Below are positions 1-9,600 of a DNA stretch of 44,588 bases, one piece after another. The translations under genes were made by a program, and so were the position numbers. Origin of the DNA: a virus; the IMG/VR virus record IMGVR_UViG_3300036791_000116, positions 1 to 44,588 of that record; one strand, 5' to 3'. The notes below the pieces were generated by a model, which saw nothing but the letters and a program-made list of their open reading frames with translations, ran no database searches and was not told where the DNA came from. Each line of letters starts with the position of its first letter. Position 1 is the first letter of the stretch.

Positions 1-127
1 CGAAGCATGGTGTGCATCTGATCGTCACCGCGCATGAAGCTGATCCGGTCATGGAGATACGTGACGGCAAGGAGGTAGTGAGTCACATAGGCGTTATGCT
101 TGGTGGCCAGCTTGTCAACAATGTGAC
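1..127 (+). repeat. terminal overlap (identical to 44462-44588)
   Basis: Exact 127-nt identity, read base by base. Lies inside the ATPase gene. Confidence 0.95.
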
Positions 128-380
128 GTTCCGGTTGTCGGAGATATGGTATATGTCTGCGCAGAGGGAACGGAAGCTGGCTGTCAGGTCTGTGCGACTC
201 AGACGACCGATGAAAACGCGCATGTTCTCTGGCAAGTCTGACGCAGAGTTTATACTGGAGTATGACTCGGAGTTGCCAGACAAGGGCCAGATGACCATTG
301 CGGGCTGGTACAACAAGTGGGTCAAGGGCGGTGTGAAGATACTGCCGAATGGCGAGATACCCCGGACAGGGGGTTCGTGA
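1..380 (+). CDS. RecA-fold AAA ATPase (Sak4/AAA_24-like), 3' part; continuation of 43978..44588 across the circular junction
   Basis: The frame of listed ORF 12..380 is open to base 1. It is in phase with ATG 43978 once the 127-bp terminal overlap is collapsed (joined product ~287 aa). VHLIVTAHE strand is typical of RecA-like cores. Confidence 0.8.
   Translation, partial: KHGVHLIVTAHEADPVMEIRDGKEVVSHIGVMLGGQLVNNVTFRLSEIWYMSAQRERKLAVRSVRLRRPMKTRMFSGKSDAEFILEYDSELPDKGQMTIAGWYNKWVKGGVKILPNGEIPRTGGS
192..204. repeat. 13-bp dyad motif copy (1 mismatch)
   Basis: GTGCGACTCAGAC, inside the ATPase CDS. The T4-to-C change removes what would be an in-frame TGA. Confidence 0.6.
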
Positions 381-423
381 AACGTGTCAGGTGATACTGT
401 CCTATCACTTCTGGAGGATTGCT

Positions 424-963
424 ATGGTTGATGAAAACGAAGAACTCGACGTTATCGAACTCGACGAGAGTCTCGCTGACGTTGAGAAGCCAGCGGAACT
501 GCCCCCCGGCTTGTATGTCGGGGAAGTCCAAGACGTGCAAGTGGCCACTTCGGCCAAGGGCAATGCGTACTACGCCGTGCGGTTCACGGTGGCTCCCGAC
601 GAGATTCCCGCTGACATTCAGCAGGATTTCGAGGAGGGCGCAACGCTGTTCTGGAATCGGCAGATCAAGCCGAGGGACGGCAAGGATCGGCGTGCGCTGT
701 TCAATCTGCGCAAGTTCGTTGAGGCGCTTGGCCTCGATGCGAACACCACGTCGATCGATCCGAACGACTGGATGGGTTGTCGGGCTCGCCTGCGGATCAG
801 GCAGACCGTCAACCCGCGTGATCCCGCCGCCGGTAAGCGTGCGGAGATCGCGTCGATCGAGCCGCTAGAGGATGCTCCGGCTGCCCGTCAGGCGGTCGAG
901 GAGGATGATGAGCCGGTAGTGCAAGCGCCGGCTCGCGGCCGTGGTGGTCGTGCTCGTCGGTAG
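424..963 (+). CDS. DUF669-like putative ssDNA-binding protein
   Basis: ORF 349..963. Preferred ATG 424 lies 6 nt after GGAGG (413-417) and is clear of the upstream stop at 380. LPPGLYVGEV...TSAKGNAYYAVRFTV N-terminus, acidic EEDDEP stretch, then an RGG tail. It sits next to the Sak4-like ATPase, as in many phage recombination modules. Confidence 0.6.
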   Translation: MVDENEELDVIELDESLADVEKPAELPPGLYVGEVQDVQVATSAKGNAYYAVRFTVAPDEIPADIQQDFEEGATLFWNRQIKPRDGKDRRALFNLRKFVEALGLDANTTSIDPNDWMGCRARLRIRQTVNPRDPAAGKRAEIASIEPLEDAPAARQAVEEDDEPVVQAPARGRGGRARR

Positions 964-970
964 TTGAGAT

Positions 971-1013
971 GGCCCGGTGCTGTGTGACTCAAACAGCACC
1001 GGGCCTTTTGTGT
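971..1013 (+). terminator. rho-independent terminator with the 13-bp motif in its loop
   Basis: GGCCCGGTGCTG (971-982) pairs with CAGCACCGGGCC (994-1005). Followed by TTTTGTGT. Confidence 0.75.
982..994. repeat. 13-bp dyad motif copy
   Basis: GTGTGACTCAAAC, in the loop of terminator 971-1013. Confidence 0.9.
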
Positions 1014-1035
1014 ATCTAAATAACGGAGAATAGGA

Positions 1036-1281
1036 ATGAGTGAAGTGGAGCGAAGCGACACCCCTGCGAAGGCGGGGGACGATGGTTGGGTTAGAGCCAG
1101 GATTGTCGAAGCACTATGGGAAGGCAACAAGGAAGGCAACGAGTCAAGCATTGAGCGACAAGCCGATGCGGTCATGGCACTATTGGATCGTACGGCAAGC
1201 GAGACAGATACATTCCACGCGTTTGTGGGTTATCTGAACGGCCTTCGCCTAATGGTGAGGGACATAGAGGAGGATAAGTGA
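1036..1281 (+). CDS. hypothetical protein (81 aa)
   Basis: ATG after ACGGAGAATAGGA. Follows the terminator at 971-1013. Contains one copy of the CCCTGCGAAGGCGGGG hairpin element in frame. Confidence 0.6.
   Translation: MSEVERSDTPAKAGDDGWVRARIVEALWEGNKEGNESSIERQADAVMALLDRTASETDTFHAFVGYLNGLRLMVRDIEEDK
1061..1078 (+). repeat. GC hairpin element copy (CCCTGC-GAAG-GCGGGG family)
   Basis: CCCCTGCGAAGGCGGGGG, inside CDS 1036..1281. Confidence 0.7.
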
Positions 1282-1282
1282 A

Positions 1283-1489
1283 ATGGTTGACTCTGTGCAA
1301 CTGCGTCTCGGTACATCGATCACTCGCGGTGTCTGCCAGATGATAATCCGGGTGCGTCTGGAGGATCGCAGGGATATTACACGAGCCGCACGCTTGCTGG
1401 GTCTTACGCAGGCTCAGTTTACGCGTAACGTACTTGTGCAGACTGCAAGAACCGTCATAGCAGAGGCGAAGTCCGAAGAGGCGGCGTAA
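1283..1489 (+). CDS. small ribbon-helix-helix-like DNA-binding protein (CopG/DUF1778-like)
   Basis: GAGGAGG lies 8 nt upstream. RVRLEDRRDITRAARLLGLTQAQFTRNVLVQTA fits a beta-strand/helix/helix antitoxin-like pattern. Confidence 0.5.
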   Translation: MVDSVQLRLGTSITRGVCQMIIRVRLEDRRDITRAARLLGLTQAQFTRNVLVQTARTVIAEAKSEEAA

Positions 1490-1821
1490 TGCGTGTACGA
1501 ATAATAGCAGTCAAGACCGAACTCCGCGACCTGCGGCCCGGCGATCTGTACTCGGAATACGATGGCTCCTACTGGAACCTCGCAATGTCCGGGCACGTCC
1601 CGCCACAGGCGCTCATTTGTACGAATGTAGCAGATGCAGAGGATATAAGCAAGGATTCGCTGCATGTGTATAAGCTGACGATCGTCAAGGAGGGGACGGA
1701 CAAGGAAGGCAACAAGTTCCAGCAGCGTGATGCGCATACGTCGGTGTTGCTTGACCCGAATGCGCCTCCAGGTTCAACACCGAAGGAGATAGGACGTGAC
1801 AGGAAGCGAAGTGAAACGTAG
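1489..1821 (+). CDS. hypothetical protein (110 aa)
   Basis: TAATG overlap with the upstream stop. Same-strand operon context. Confidence 0.6.
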   Translation: MRVRIIAVKTELRDLRPGDLYSEYDGSYWNLAMSGHVPPQALICTNVADAEDISKDSLHVYKLTIVKEGTDKEGNKFQQRDAHTSVLLDPNAPPGSTPKEIGRDRKRSET

Positions 1822-3091
1822 TCCCTGCGTAGGCGGGGATCAGGCGTTGCAGCGTTTGACTCAAATGCATCTGAGCCCGGAGCAGGAGCACGCCATAGAG
1901 CTATGTCAGGACGTGACTAGCCGCATTGTCTCGGTGACGGGTGGTGCGGGGACTGGTAAGACGCTTGTGCTTGGGTACGTGCATGGGGAACTTAGCAAGA
2001 GGTATCAAGTGGCTCTGTGCGCACCGACGGGCAGGGCCGCAAAGCGTATATACGAACTGACTGGCATCCAAGCGAAAACCATACACAAGCTGTTGGAGTA
2101 TCCGCAGCCTGATGACGATCCGTTGTTCGGGAAGGACGGTGAAGAGCTAGCGCCGAGGAACGAGCCCAAGAGGAATGCGACGAATCCGTTCGACGAGTTT
2201 GTCATTCTTGTAGATGAATCGTCAATGGTTGGACCACAGCTTTATCGAGAACTGATAGCAGCGTTGCAGAAGCGTGGTGTTATCAGGTTCTTCGGTGACA
2301 ACAATCAATTGCTTCCGGTCGAGGAGGGGCCACCGCCGTTCAGGACGGTGTTGGAGAAGTTCCCATCGGTTACGCTGACGTTCAACTTCCGGTCAGATGA
2401 CGAGATCGTAAGCAATGCGTATCGCATCCTGAACGGTAGCATACCGCTTCGCAACAGGCGCTTCGACGTGATGTATGCTGACTATCCAGTGCTGACGTTA
2501 ATCAGAGAGATGGACAAGCATCCCGAATACGCATATGACAACAACCAAATCATCATGCCAACGCGCAAGGGGCCTGTCGGCACGTTGCGTATCAACCCGT
2601 CTATTCAGGTGAAGCTGAACAGGGACAAGCACTTGCTGCGACTGCCACGGTTCGACAAGAACGAGCATGATCTGGTAGTGCGTGCGAACGACAAGTTCCT
2701 ATGGGTCAAGAACGATTACCAGTTGAACCTGTTCAATGGTGAGATTGGCCGTATATACAAGATTGATCCAGAAGATGGAACGATGTGGATCAAGACTTCC
2801 GAGGGACGTAGTGTAGAGATACCACCGAGCATCAGAGCGTACAATGCGTATTTAAGGACCACGATCAACTATGATCCTCGCAAGCAGATTGAGCTAGGCT
2901 ATGCCATCACGACTCACAAGGCGCAAGGTAGCGAGTTCGATACCGTTGTTTATTGTATGTCTAGCTCGGCAGCGTTCATGCTTAACAGGAATAATTTCTA
3001 CACTGCGATGACACGTGCCAGATCACGGGTAGTCATCATAACAGATCGCCGTGGGATGTTCCTGTCGTTGCGTCGTGAGGTACGAGAATGA
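1796..3091 (+). CDS. SF1 DNA helicase (RecD/Dda-like)
   Basis: GTG 1796 has GAAGGAG 7 nt upstream. An alternative ATG at 1865 abuts the 13-bp motif. Walker A VTGGAGTGKT, Walker B ILVDESSMV, C-terminal AITTHKAQGSEFDTVV. Confidence 0.85.
   Translation: MTGSEVKRSPCVGGDQALQRLTQMHLSPEQEHAIELCQDVTSRIVSVTGGAGTGKTLVLGYVHGELSKRYQVALCAPTGRAAKRIYELTGIQAKTIHKLLEYPQPDDDPLFGKDGEELAPRNEPKRNATNPFDEFVILVDESSMVGPQLYRELIAALQKRGVIRFFGDNNQLLPVEEGPPPFRTVLEKFPSVTLTFNFRSDDEIVSNAYRILNGSIPLRNRRFDVMYADYPVLTLIREMDKHPEYAYDNNQIIMPTRKGPVGTLRINPSIQVKLNRDKHLLRLPRFDKNEHDLVVRANDKFLWVKNDYQLNLFNGEIGRIYKIDPEDGTMWIKTSEGRSVEIPPSIRAYNAYLRTTINYDPRKQIELGYAITTHKAQGSEFDTVVYCMSSSAAFMLNRNNFYTAMTRARSRVVIITDRRGMFLSLRREVRE
1822..1839 (+). 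repeat. GC hairpin element copy
   Basis: TCCCTGCGTAGGCGGGGA. The extended block 1805-1842 matches 13151-13188 at 33 of 38 positions. Confidence 0.8.
1854..1866. repeat. 13-bp dyad motif copy (1 mismatch)
   Basis: GTTTGACTCAAAT, overlapping helicase ATG 1865. Confidence 0.85.
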
Positions 3092-3103
3092 CCGAAGAGG
3101 AAC

Positions 3104-3664
3104 ATGGAAATGAGCCGTTTGACTCAGACGAGGCGGCAGCGTTATATAGTATTCACAGGGCCATCGCTCGGTGGCAAAAGTACCGCGGCTGCATTGCTCG
3201 TGTCATGGTTCCGGCAGAAGGGGTTATCAGCGGTGCATTGCTCCTTCGAGACGCCAATGAAGCACTATCTAGCTATGCTATTAGGGCGGAAGTTAGGCAC
3301 CTTCAAGATGGACGAGCCGTTATCCGCATTGTTATCAAAAACCTGCAAGGACTTTCTTAGGCTCGAAGCGGCGCATATGCGGTTCAACTACGGCCCGAAT
3401 GTCATGGGCAATATGTTGAAGGAGCGGACAAAGCACTGGCGTCACGATCCTTTGTTTGTTGTTGTGGATGACGGAGTGAGTGTGCTGGATTGCCGTGCGC
3501 TGGGCGATTACTTCCTGATCCAGATAGTGAGGGACAGGCAGGAGCGTGTGTATCCGTTCATGATTCCTAATGCGGATGCACACGTGAGGAATGACGGGAC
3601 GCTCGAACAGTTGGGTGCGCAGATCGAGAAGATAGGAAACATCATACTAGCGGAGGATATATGA
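3104..3664 (+). CDS. P-loop kinase-like protein (dNMP/nucleoside kinase-like)
   Basis: FTGPSLGGKST P-loop and FVVVDDG Walker-B-like strand. ATG 3104 (or 3110) follows GAAGAGGA. The function is inferred from motif and size only. Confidence 0.65.
   Translation: MEMSRLTQTRRQRYIVFTGPSLGGKSTAAALLVSWFRQKGLSAVHCSFETPMKHYLAMLLGRKLGTFKMDEPLSALLSKTCKDFLRLEAAHMRFNYGPNVMGNMLKERTKHWRHDPLFVVVDDGVSVLDCRALGDYFLIQIVRDRQERVYPFMIPNADAHVRNDGTLEQLGAQIEKIGNIILAEDI
3117..3129. repeat. 13-bp dyad motif copy
   Basis: GTTTGACTCAGAC, codons 5-9 of the kinase-like gene (RLTQT). Confidence 0.9.
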
Positions 3665-6132
3665 GCATTAAGGAAGAGTTTACGGCAATGGCCATGGGGT
3701 TCGGACTCGACGTGCAAGCCGTTTGCAGCGGCCCAGAGGATGCCACTACGGCGTTCATTGGTGAAGGGCTTGGCGACGTAGAGGTACGGAAGAAAGCACC
3801 GCTTGTCGGTAGGTCTGGCCAGTTGCTATGGAAGCGTCTTGAGCGTTATGGGCTGCGGCCTGACAACGTATATGCGACCAACGTCATCAAGCGACAGATC
3901 AGCATGTCAAATAACGAGCAGTTCAAGATGTATCCAGGCGAGTTAGAGCAGTGGCGTGAGTTGTTGAACTGGGAGCTAGGGCAGTTGCCAAACCTTAAGA
4001 CGGTTGTACTGCTGGGGAACTATGCGCTTAATGCCATACTCGACAAGGACGGGATCAACTCTTGGCGTGGGTCTGTGTTGGATATCAATCTGCCAAATGG
4101 TAAGCGTGGCAGAGCGGTGTGCACCAACAATCCAGCGTATCCGCTGCGCGAGCCTAGGGCCGAGATCACGTTCCTCATGGACATGCAAAAGGTTGGGCAG
4201 GTGGTAGCTGATACGTTCAAGACGTATGATGTTGATGCGATTATCAACCCGACGTATCGAGAAACCATGTCGTTCCTGCTGGATATGCAACGGAGTGACA
4301 AGCCTGTGGCTGCGGACATTGAAGGGCTGAACGACGAGACGGCATGTATGGGACTTGCGAACGGTGCGCATCGCGCGATCTGTATCAACTTCCGTGACGC
4401 AGATCGGAACACGTTCACGCCTGTCGAAGAGTACGACATTTGGATGGGCATTCAGCGGCTGTTTGACTCACACAAGGTTATTGCGCAGAACGGAGGGTTC
4501 GATGCGTATTGGTGTAGGCTCCGTGACTGGCTCCGCATTCGTGTCTGGTTTGATACGCTGTTGGCGCATCACACTCTGTACCCGCAACTACCACATAACC
4601 TTGCTTATCTCACTAGTCAGTACACGAACCACCCCTACTACAAAGACGAAGGAGACTACTGGAAAGAGGGAGGAGACATAAACGAGTTTTGGGTTTACAA
4701 TTGCAAAGACGCAGCCATAACGTGGGCGATTGCGCAGAGAGAGAAGGCTGAACTGGAGAAGCAAGGACTGAGTAAGTTCTTCTTCGAGCATGTCATGCAC
4801 GCGCAACCGCATCTGGTGGAGGCGACGGTACACGGTTTGCCGGTAGACAAAACGGTGAAGGCTGCGATTGCGCTAGAGATCGACAAGGATGTGTCGCGGA
4901 TCGAAGACGAGTTCCACAGGCTTGTGCATGAATGTACGGAAGATACAATGTACTTTCCCAATCCAAACTCATGGCAGCAGTTACGCGAGTTGTTCTTCGG
5001 CCGGCTCGATCTACAAGGCGTTGGGCTGTCCACAGACAAGACGAACCGTGACCACATAATGAAACATGCAAAGACCCGACCAGTGGAGAGGGAGATGCTA
5101 GCGGCACTGAATAAGTACAAAGAGGAGGATAAGTTCCGTGGGACGTATGCCAACGCAAAGGAGTCGAAAGATGGCAGGTTTCGTTTTGAATTTAAGCAGT
5201 ACGGAACGCAGAATGCTCCGGGACGGCTCTCCTCTAGTCAGCTTATTAACGGTGAGGGAGGTAACATCCAGAATCAACCGATGCGAGCGAGGGGGTTCTT
5301 TGTTGCGGACCCAGAGTGCGTCTATATCTACTTTGATCTGGCACAGGCTGAGGCTCAGGTGGTTTCTTTTAGGGCCGACATTCCAAAGTGGAAGCAACAA
5401 TTTGCCAAGGCACGGCGTGACGGGTCTTACGATTGTCATCGTGCATTGGCCTCGGAGATGTTCAAGGTCCCTTACGAGGATGTTCCAATGGCGGATTGGG
5501 ACGAGGATAATCGTCCTACGATTCGCTACGTCTCCAAACGTTGTAGACATGGCCTCAATTACCGAATGGAACGTTTTAGGCTCTCTGAGGTAACGGGCCT
5601 ATCATATCATGTAGCAGCGCGTGCGTTTATGCTATACCACAAGATCACGCCGGAGTTGCAGGATTGGTGGAAGCAGGAAGAGTATATGTTCAGGAAGACG
5701 CGGACAATGTATAACGCACTCGGTCGAAGGTTCCGTGTGCTGCAACCCGTTGATGATGAAGTGTCTAAGTCCGTTGTGGCATTCTATCCGCAGAGCACAA
5801 TTGGAGATAAAGTCGTGCAGGTTTGGTATCAGGCCGAGGAAGATGACGAATGGCCAAAGGGACATGCGCGAGTTGCGATCAATGTGCATGACAACCTCGT
5901 GGGTATGGCAGAGGTTAAGTATGCGAAGACTGCACTGCGCATCCTGAAAAAGTATGCGGAGAGTCCGTTACTGATTCAGGATGCGTGGAGTCGGCGACCG
6001 CCCGAGCCGTTATCGATTGGAGCCGAATGCAAGATTTCGTATCCGACAAGCTGGGACGAGAAGACGAGGCGGTTCGTGGAAGACCCAAACGGTCTGCACC
6101 GCTGGAGTAACATGAAGACCGTGGCCGTTTGA
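3661..6132 (+). CDS. Family A DNA polymerase with 3'-5' exonuclease and an N-terminal UDG-superfamily-like domain
   Basis: N-terminus: FIGEGLGDVE...PLVGRSGQLL (UDG family-4-like). Exonuclease motifs: VAADIEG, QNGGFDAYW, YNCKDA. Polymerase motifs: IYFDLAQAEAQV (A), RYVSKRCRHGLNY (B), NVHDNLV (C). The TGA stop at 6130-6132 lies inside a 13-bp motif copy. Confidence 0.9.
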   Translation: MSIKEEFTAMAMGFGLDVQAVCSGPEDATTAFIGEGLGDVEVRKKAPLVGRSGQLLWKRLERYGLRPDNVYATNVIKRQISMSNNEQFKMYPGELEQWRELLNWELGQLPNLKTVVLLGNYALNAILDKDGINSWRGSVLDINLPNGKRGRAVCTNNPAYPLREPRAEITFLMDMQKVGQVVADTFKTYDVDAIINPTYRETMSFLLDMQRSDKPVAADIEGLNDETACMGLANGAHRAICINFRDADRNTFTPVEEYDIWMGIQRLFDSHKVIAQNGGFDAYWCRLRDWLRIRVWFDTLLAHHTLYPQLPHNLAYLTSQYTNHPYYKDEGDYWKEGGDINEFWVYNCKDAAITWAIAQREKAELEKQGLSKFFFEHVMHAQPHLVEATVHGLPVDKTVKAAIALEIDKDVSRIEDEFHRLVHECTEDTMYFPNPNSWQQLRELFFGRLDLQGVGLSTDKTNRDHIMKHAKTRPVEREMLAALNKYKEEDKFRGTYANAKESKDGRFRFEFKQYGTQNAPGRLSSSQLINGEGGNIQNQPMRARGFFVADPECVYIYFDLAQAEAQVVSFRADIPKWKQQFAKARRDGSYDCHRALASEMFKVPYEDVPMADWDEDNRPTIRYVSKRCRHGLNYRMERFRLSEVTGLSYHVAARAFMLYHKITPELQDWWKQEEYMFRKTRTMYNALGRRFRVLQPVDDEVSKSVVAFYPQSTIGDKVVQVWYQAEEDDEWPKGHARVAINVHDNLVGMAEVKYAKTALRILKKYAESPLLIQDAWSRRPPEPLSIGAECKISYPTSWDEKTRRFVEDPNGLHRWSNMKTVAV
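4461..4473. repeat. 13-bp dyad motif copy
   Basis: GTTTGACTCACAC, inside the PolA CDS (LFDSHK). Confidence 0.9.
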
Positions 6133-6139
6133 GTCAAAC
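6127..6139. repeat. 13-bp dyad motif copy
   Basis: GTTTGAGTCAAAC. Contains the PolA stop TGA at 6130-6132. Confidence 0.9.
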
Positions 6140-6145
6140 CAAGGT

Positions 6146-6161
6146 GCCTGCGAAGGCGGGC
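6146..6161 (+). repeat. GC hairpin element copy
   Basis: GCCTGCGAAGGCGGGC, between the PolA stop/motif and the SD of 6173. Confidence 0.7.
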
Positions 6162-6172
6162 AAGGAGAGTGC

Positions 6173-6442
6173 ATGAAAGTCCTGAACAAGCACAGAGATG
6201 GAATCCCCATAGGAGCGGTCTACATTGGACGCCCATCAAAATGGGGAAACCCTTTTGTGATCGGTCGTGATGGAACCAGAGAAGAGGTAGTTGCTAAATA
6301 TAGTCAGTGGCTCTTTGACAGTGGGCGAATTGATCAGATCGAGGAATTGCGTGGAAAAGACCTCGTTTGCTTTTGCGCTCCACTGGTTTGTCATGGGGAC
6401 GTGCTGCTGCAATTAGCCAACAGACGCACCCGCTCACGATAG
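6173..6442 (+). CDS. DUF4326-like protein
   Basis: AAGGAGAGTGC precedes the ATG. YIGRPSKWGNPF...LVCFCAPLVCHGDVL pattern. Confidence 0.6.
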   Translation: MKVLNKHRDGIPIGAVYIGRPSKWGNPFVIGRDGTREEVVAKYSQWLFDSGRIDQIEELRGKDLVCFCAPLVCHGDVLLQLANRRTRSR

Positions 6443-6658
6443 TCGTTCGATGTTTGACGTAGCTCGCCAGTAGGCTATCTGCCCTGGGAGCACGTACTTG
6501 TTAGCCTTCTTGTCGGCAGCGAGCGTTCGTAGGAAGGCTATCACTTCACCGTCGCGAATGTTGCCGCCAGCCTTGGAGATTAGCTCTGACTGGCGGCGAC
6601 CTTGCGTACCGCCGTCGATTAGGTGCTTCGTGACGTTCACTTGCCAATCAATGCTCAT
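6434..6658 (-). CDS. hypothetical protein (74 aa), last gene of the leftward arm
   Basis: ATGA start/stop overlap with the giant gene (6655-6658). 9-nt convergent overlap with 6173..6442. Confidence 0.55.
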   Translation of the reverse strand: MSIDWQVNVTKHLIDGGTQGRRQSELISKAGGNIRDGEVIAFLRTLAADKKANKYVLPGQIAYWRATSNIERLS

Positions 6659-9600
6659 GGTTGTGGTCCTTCCTCCTCGTATGATTGGTCTGCCGGAAGA
6701 TTGTGTGGCGATAGGTCTTGTATGCTAATGTGCCTACCGTATTCGGGATGCCTTGCCGTCATTTCGTCCTCGACACGTGTAATTGCTGCGTTGATCTCCC
6801 TTGCTGCTAATTGTCTGTATCGCTCGTACCAACTCCTGACCGCGAACGGGTCTGTGTGGTCCACACCAGCGTTCTTGAGCACTTGCATTACGTCTGGTTT
6901 TTGTTCTATGCGTTGTTTCCAAGTAGCCATGTTGCCAAAGTCGATGTACCGCATGGACTGAATGGCTTTGGATGATGAATTGTATCGATCCCAAAGCGAT
7001 CTGAACCCCATGCCTCCTCTGTTGAGGCTGTCTTTGCTGAAGCGTTCGTCGAGCAGCTTCGCAAACTCTATGTATAGCGGATTGTTCGGCGGCTCCTGTC
7101 CAAGACCGGGTGAGTGCGGCGGCAGTGGCGGCCCTAATAGTTTACTTGCCTCCGCAAAGCCTGATGGGCTCGTCGGCTTCGCCTTGGTTATGAATTGCTC
7201 TCCGGCCATACCCCACTGGTGGTAGTAGTCGAGGAGCCCACGGATCGCCTGCTCCCTGTTATACATCTCGTTCACCATCCGCGTATTGCCAGATGGTGGC
7301 GCAAATGTATTGAAGGCGTTGTTTAGCAGCGGTGTGCGTTGTACCTGCAATTTGCCCATCTGCTTGAGGCCATTCTTCAACGCATTGGCGTACCCGGTTT
7401 CGTCCGAGTGCTCGTACGCTCCGTATCCAGCCAGCCACATATCCAGAATCGCAGGACTCACGGCCCTGGACAGGCTTTCATTTAGCTGGCTCATCACCTT
7501 GTTTGAGTCATACGGGTTCTGTTTGCGCATAAATGTGTCGCCGCCGATATCAGTAGCACCTACGTTCTGACCAAGCGCATTTCCCAACGGACTGCGAAAG
7601 AACGCCCCGAGGTTGCCCGGCGCTGATGCTCCTAGTGCCTCCACACCGGCCCCGAATAATGGCGGTGTTGGTGGCAGCACAACATCGAGGGCCATCGAGA
7701 GTGCCGCTTTGGCGTCTTGCGTCTTAGTCCATTGGGCCGCATTCGGGCTGTGATCACCGCTCCAGTAGTTGTCTCCGTACATGTGCGACATGACGGCTTC
7801 TATTGCCATCTTAGGAAAGACGCCTTCCTGAAACCACGGCATTTCTATACCTTCTGCCGCACGCCTTCCCGGCCATGCGATATACAAGTACATGCCGCGC
7901 CTGTACTCGTTTCTGCCGTACAACTGGTGACGTATGTACGGAGTACCTTCCGGGTCTGCACCCGCATACGTGTTCCATAAATAGGCAAGTACTGGCGGTG
8001 TTATATAGGCTGTGAGAGCCTTGAGAGCAAACCTTGTAGGGCTGCGCTTGGCAGCCTTTGGAAATGCCTTCAATCCCTGCATAGACATATTGTGCCACGG
8101 CAGTGTACGCAGCACATCGTGAGAGAATACCCATGCCTCAGCCGTCTTCGCACGAGCAACTAAGTCAGGAGACATCGGGTCCTTGGTCTGGTATCTAATG
8201 AAGTGACCTTCCTGGTTGTGCGCAGTGCCAGACACCAACGGATCGCCTACCAGCGCGTTTGAATCAGACACCAGCCTGTCGTATGTCGTATCTAATACTT
8301 GCTCTTCTGTTGCTGATGGTCCTAGCTCATTGCGTACGGCTGCCTTCACCCGCTTGAAGTTCTTCTGCACAGCCGCTGTCTGTGTTGAACTGTGTACGTC
8401 ATTTAGAAGATTCCGATAGGCGTGGCCCAGCGTAGCCAGTTGTCTGGTTCCGGGCCTTGTGCTCATATCCTGCACCATAGCTCTTAACCGGCTGTGCGGA
8501 TTGACCAAGCTGCTATCAGTACCGTACCGCATCAGTCCGCGAGAGTGTGTACCTCTAGCGCGTATATTCGCAACCGTGCTGCGCGCATACTGATTCGCTA
8601 GTATGCTTGCTATGTGGTTTGATGCGTTGTCGCCAAAGGCATGTCGCAACCATCCACCGCTGGTCGCATCGAGTGAGTACGATGCGTGTCTAGCTAGTCG
8701 TGCTAGTGACGATGATCCTACAGCATATCCCAACCCTGCAAGTCCAGGGGCCTTCCTTGCGTACCTCATTCCACCGGATGTCCCTTTTGCGATGCGATAG
8801 TTGCGAAGTGTATCTAATGGCGCAAAGTACACTTGCAGCAGTCCTGTCGTAGAAGCCACAAACAATCGTTTTGTTGCAGAAAGCACCTTAGCTACCGTAC
8901 CTGAACTGAAATGGTCTGGTCCGAATCTAATCAAATCCTTCATCGTAGGATTGTCTGCAACCCAATGCTGCTTCACGCCCCGGCGATACGATGTCACATG
9001 ACGATGCTGGAGCGAATCTGTAATATCTCCTGCTCTCTTGGGCGTGAACATGTGCCGTGCGCCTGGGGATTGCCGCAACGTATCAATAATTTTGCCGGTG
9101 GCCTGTTCATTTATGGTCTTCCGCGCTTGTGTGGTCACATACTGCATAGCTGATTTAATGGGATCAGGACGACGCAAAGGTTCACCCATTGCATTCCGCC
9201 CGTCGGGATACTTGATGTACTCTGCACGCTTGCTCCTACTAACCGGAACCTCATTCGGGTTGTGCGCATACTTGTTAAGCTCTTCGCTCTTCGTCATGAT
9301 CGAGTGTTCGCCCTCAGCCTGACCACGACGCGATTCCAGTATGTTCTCTTTGTAATGACCGCGCACGCGAACCCAATCTGGATGGGCCTGCTCCGTCTGG
9401 CGGATTTCCTGCAACAGATCAGCTTCTGTCTTGCCATGAATCATCGGTGGCCCAACCTGCGGATTTGCGTTTGCTGCGACTGTGCGCTTTCGTTGTATGT
9501 TCCGGACTTCATCAAGATCGCTGTTGGCATTTAAGTATTCACGAAAGCCCCTGTTCCTACTGAAGTTCGCATACGCCTCAATCTTCCGCAACGATACAGG

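Noticed and set aside
76-88. TAGTGAGTCACAT (also at 44537-44549) as a further motif copy.
   Set aside because: Only 10 of 13 positions match, and only the TGAGTCA core is conserved. It is too degenerate to count.
1-127. The 127-bp end duplication as a genuine T7-like direct terminal repeat.
   Set aside because: The repeat lies in the middle of the ATPase coding sequence, and collapsing it restores one intact gene. It is more simply an assembler circularisation overlap. Read data are needed to define the real termini.
3088-3360. 90-aa ORF overlapping the start of the kinase-like gene.
   Set aside because: It is out of frame with 3104..3664, which carries a P-loop and fills the gap up to the polymerase. 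It shows no independent signals.
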